Assembly (NCBI GenBank): GCA_039621445.1
Contig: CP154954.1
Span: 24,316,954 to 24,380,953, forward strand
Length of the DNA stretch: 64,000 nucleotides
Source: Euglena gracilis
Taxonomy: Eukaryota
Direction: 5' to 3'
Shown here: one piece after another, positions 60,782 to 64,000 of the stretch
How the letters are laid out: each line of letters starts with the position of its first letter
How positions within the stretch are numbered: the stretch's first letter is position 1
The notes under the pieces: model-generated
Seen by the model: the letters and a program-made list of their open reading frames with translations, nothing else
Databases searched by the model: none
Told to the model about the DNA's origin: nothing
Position numbers and translations under genes: made by a program

Positions 60782-63700
60782 CTGGTGTGAAATGCCAAGT
60801 TTCAATCATCAAAATGACGGCCAAAGCGGGGCCTTCTGAGACCCCTTCCGCTGCCAACACCACCACCTCTGAAAAAATAATTTGGCAACACTCCACCACT
60901 GTTAGTTGGGGGTATGCATTTGTATGATGACCTTTCTGGGGGTTGAGAACGTTTCCACAATGTGGCACCAAACCTTGTGGGAAATTTTCCTCCTTCTTGC
61001 ACTGTGCTGCTGGCCGACCCCCCTCCCCCGGCCCGGGGGGGTTGACTGGTTTTTTCAGAGTGGTTGACTGGTTTTTGGCCCAGACCCCCTCCCCCCGGGG
61101 AGTGGCTGGGGGGGGGGTGGGGGGGCCGGGTGTGGAGGAAAGTTTTGGCCGAGTGGGGGCTGGGGGGGTGGGGCTGACTGGTTTTTTTTACTGACTGGTG
61201 GGGTCCCCCCCCCGGGGGGGGGGGTCGGTAAAAAATTGTATGGTGGGGGGGACAGCATTTGGAAGATACTGTTTCCCCTCCACCAAGGTTGGGTCTTGAA
61301 CCTTGACGGACCTTGGCGTCTCGCAAAATTTAAAGAAATCTCGAAAACTTTTTGTCGGTGTGGGGGGAATGGTGCCAGGGGTTGGAAGCCGGAGGGGACC
61401 TACCCGGGGGAGGGTCCAGGCCCGCTAAGTCCGGGCTAAGTGGGGTGGGTTTGAAAGTTTTAGTGGGTCAGCGCCCCTATTTTTGGGGGCGTTTTTGAAA
61501 TTTTGGGACTGCCAACCTGGGGTTTAAAAAAAATTGGAGGGAACCCCGACCCCCAAAATGTTGATTTCTCGGACGCTTTGGGGATTCTGGACCCCACCAA
61601 ATGGGTCGAAGATGTGAGGGGTAGGGGGTCAACTCCTGCCCAGACCACGAATCTTGTGCCTGTAAGGATCATGCAAGTGTCACCCGTGCAGTAAAAAAAC
61701 TTTGGAGGCAACCCACGCACCCCCCCCTGGATCGTGAAGAAGCCTTTTTGACATAAATTGTTGTGGGCTTGGCAGAGTTTTTGGGGCGTTTATGGTGGGG
61801 GACTTTCCCCTGGCTTTTGCTGTGTATGTATTTTTGTTTGATTTTTTGCTTTGTGGTTGTGTTCCACGCTGGCTGTGATTTCTTTCGAGGGTCCCCCAAT
61901 CTTCAATTTCCTGTTTTTTCAGGCGCCTGGAGATGGAGTATCAACTTGACCCCTAATCCAGAGGTTTCCGCCAGCCAGCAAAACACTGTGGGGCGGGAGC
62001 AAAGAGAAAAGGGGAGATTGATTTTTCCTCGTCCTCAACCCCGGCGAGCCTGCACTAGAAGATACCAAAAAAGAGGCTGGGAAACCCCAGGAGCCCCCCC
62101 TTTGCCCCTCTTCAAAAAAAAGAAATGCAGGACCAGGCCTGCACGGAGAATTGGAAACAAAACGCGCCAAAGCGACCCACACGGGGGGGTTGGGTGAATC
62201 AACAGGGGGGGGAGACGGGGCGAAAACGCCACCCCAGGGGAGGCCACCACCACAACAGGGGGTTGGGCAAAATGGGCAGGGGGTTGGGCCCTTGGGGCCC
62301 CACCCCGGGGGGGGGGGGGCGGGCTGCACGGCACCCCAAAAACAAACCAAACCGGTGCCGGACCGGGGCCAAATGAAACAGTTTCCAGGAGCCACGAGCC
62401 CCAGAACAGCGCCACCCCCAAAAATGGCGACCCCGAACACCACCCCGGATTTCTGGGGGCGCTGCCGAGGCAAGGTCCCTCGGACCCCCCGCCTCCCATC
62501 TGCCAGGGTTGTAAAAAACGCCTGGTTGGGGGCCCAATCACACCCCGGGGTGGGCAAGGTCAAACCCAGCTGAAGGCCGGGCCGTAATAAAAATTTTTCG
62601 GCATTCTTACCAATTACGCTTTTTTGGGTGGTGTGGGTGGCAACCCAGTGGGAGAACGAGAACGCCGGCCACCGACGTGCAGTGGTTTCGGGGGTTGTGA
62701 AAGGAGTTTTGTCGCCCTCATGAGTGGGTGGACCACGCCCTTTCCCATGGCTTCGGGTGGCCCTATGCACCACATCTCAGCCCCCCTCCCCCATTGTCTC
62801 CCCCAACGCATGGCTTTGGCTTTGCTTGATGCGCTCCCAACTTGTGTTGGACACGTTCAACCCGACGTGGGGGTGATGTGCAGGATGTTCCAAAACGCTT
62901 GGCCGCCATTATTTTTTCTTTTCAAAATCAATTTTTTTTCAAACAAGCTCTTGATTTTTAACTTTTTTGCTGTTTGAGTTTTGCGGAAGACTTACCAGGG
63001 GGTTCTGGAGGCAGAGGGCCTTATCCCTCAAGGATGGTTCAATCTCCCCAACCTTCCCCCCCCCCCCAGCCAGCAACTCCCAGCAGGGCTGCATTGTGGC
63101 CAGTTCAACCCAGCTGAACCAAACCGGAAAGTTTCGTCACTTTTCAGTGGAGAGTGCCAAAGTGATGTGCAGTTTGCTTTGCTCAGTACCTCCAACCCCG
63201 TCCCAGCTTTCTTCCCCCCCCCCCTGCATGGCATGAACGGCTCTTTGCAATGAACCAAGCTACTCTGTTGAGTCCGATGTGATGTTTCACCGGCTGGGTA
63301 GGTCCAGGGGGGCATGCACATTCCACACTGGCTTCCCCCCTTCGGGGTTTGGGGTCCAGGCTTTGCCCCACTCTCCCGGCCCAGCATCGGACCCCCCTCC
63401 GACCCCCCCCCAAAAATTGGGCCATCTTAAATCATTTCCGAAAAGTTTCCGGCGCTTCGTGCCGAAACCCACACCAAGGAGCACTGGCCCAGAACCCCCC
63501 CCCCCTGGGGTGGCGACCCCGGACCAAAACACCTGGGGGGGTTCCGAGGTGAAAAGAAGCCAGTCCCTCTTATGGAGCGGCCCTGGTACTGCCCAGATAT
63601 CACCCTCGTACCTGGTACCTCCCTGAACGTCCTTGCCCAATAAACAGGGGTTTCAGACCGTAGATTCAATTAACACCTCTGTGACCGCTCTCACAACAGG

Positions 63701-64000
63701 GGGTGGGTTTTCAAAAGTGGGCAGGGGAGTTGGGGCCAGGTTGTTATTTTTTAAAGGTGGTGCCGACCCCACCCCGGGGGGGGGGGGGGGGGGGCTGCTT
63801 GGGCAGGCACTCCAAGGCACTCCCAATCCAACCCCCCCGGGGGGGGGGGGGGGGCAGGGTCACGGCCAAAAGTGCCCCGGCACAAACCCCGGTGCCGAAG
63901 GCGCCGGGAGCCAATAATGGCCTAGTTTCAAAGGAATTTGCCTCGGCGCAGGCCAAAATTTGACCCCGCGGGGGGGGGGGAGGTAGCGCCTGCCTGGACA

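Overview
Eukaryotic nuclear DNA with a euglenid-like (Euglena-type) organisation. Short GC-rich exons are separated both by conventional GT/GC-AG introns and by nonconventional introns whose ends base-pair (CAG-like triplet at +4..+6, CTG-like triplet at -8..-6). The organism assignment is inferred from intron style only. I assembled three plus-strand genes by eye. Gene 1 (10469-29026, about 25 exons) encodes a C6H2/MYND-like zinc finger, a DEAD-box-like domain that lacks its catalytic motifs, a possible winged-helix/LOTUS-like segment and a basic tail. Genes 2 and 3 (31722-33684 and 50896-55506) are paralogues that both start MGCASSC. The rest is dense with MITEs, microsatellites and decayed transposon coding remnants. 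Main observation: MITEs with CAG...CTG termini and 8-bp target-site duplications (hAT-like) form entire nonconventional introns in gene 1. The predicted splice sites sit 3 nt before and 5 nt after the element, so splicing removes the element plus exactly one 8-bp duplication and restores the reading frame. All exon boundaries are manual predictions without transcript support.
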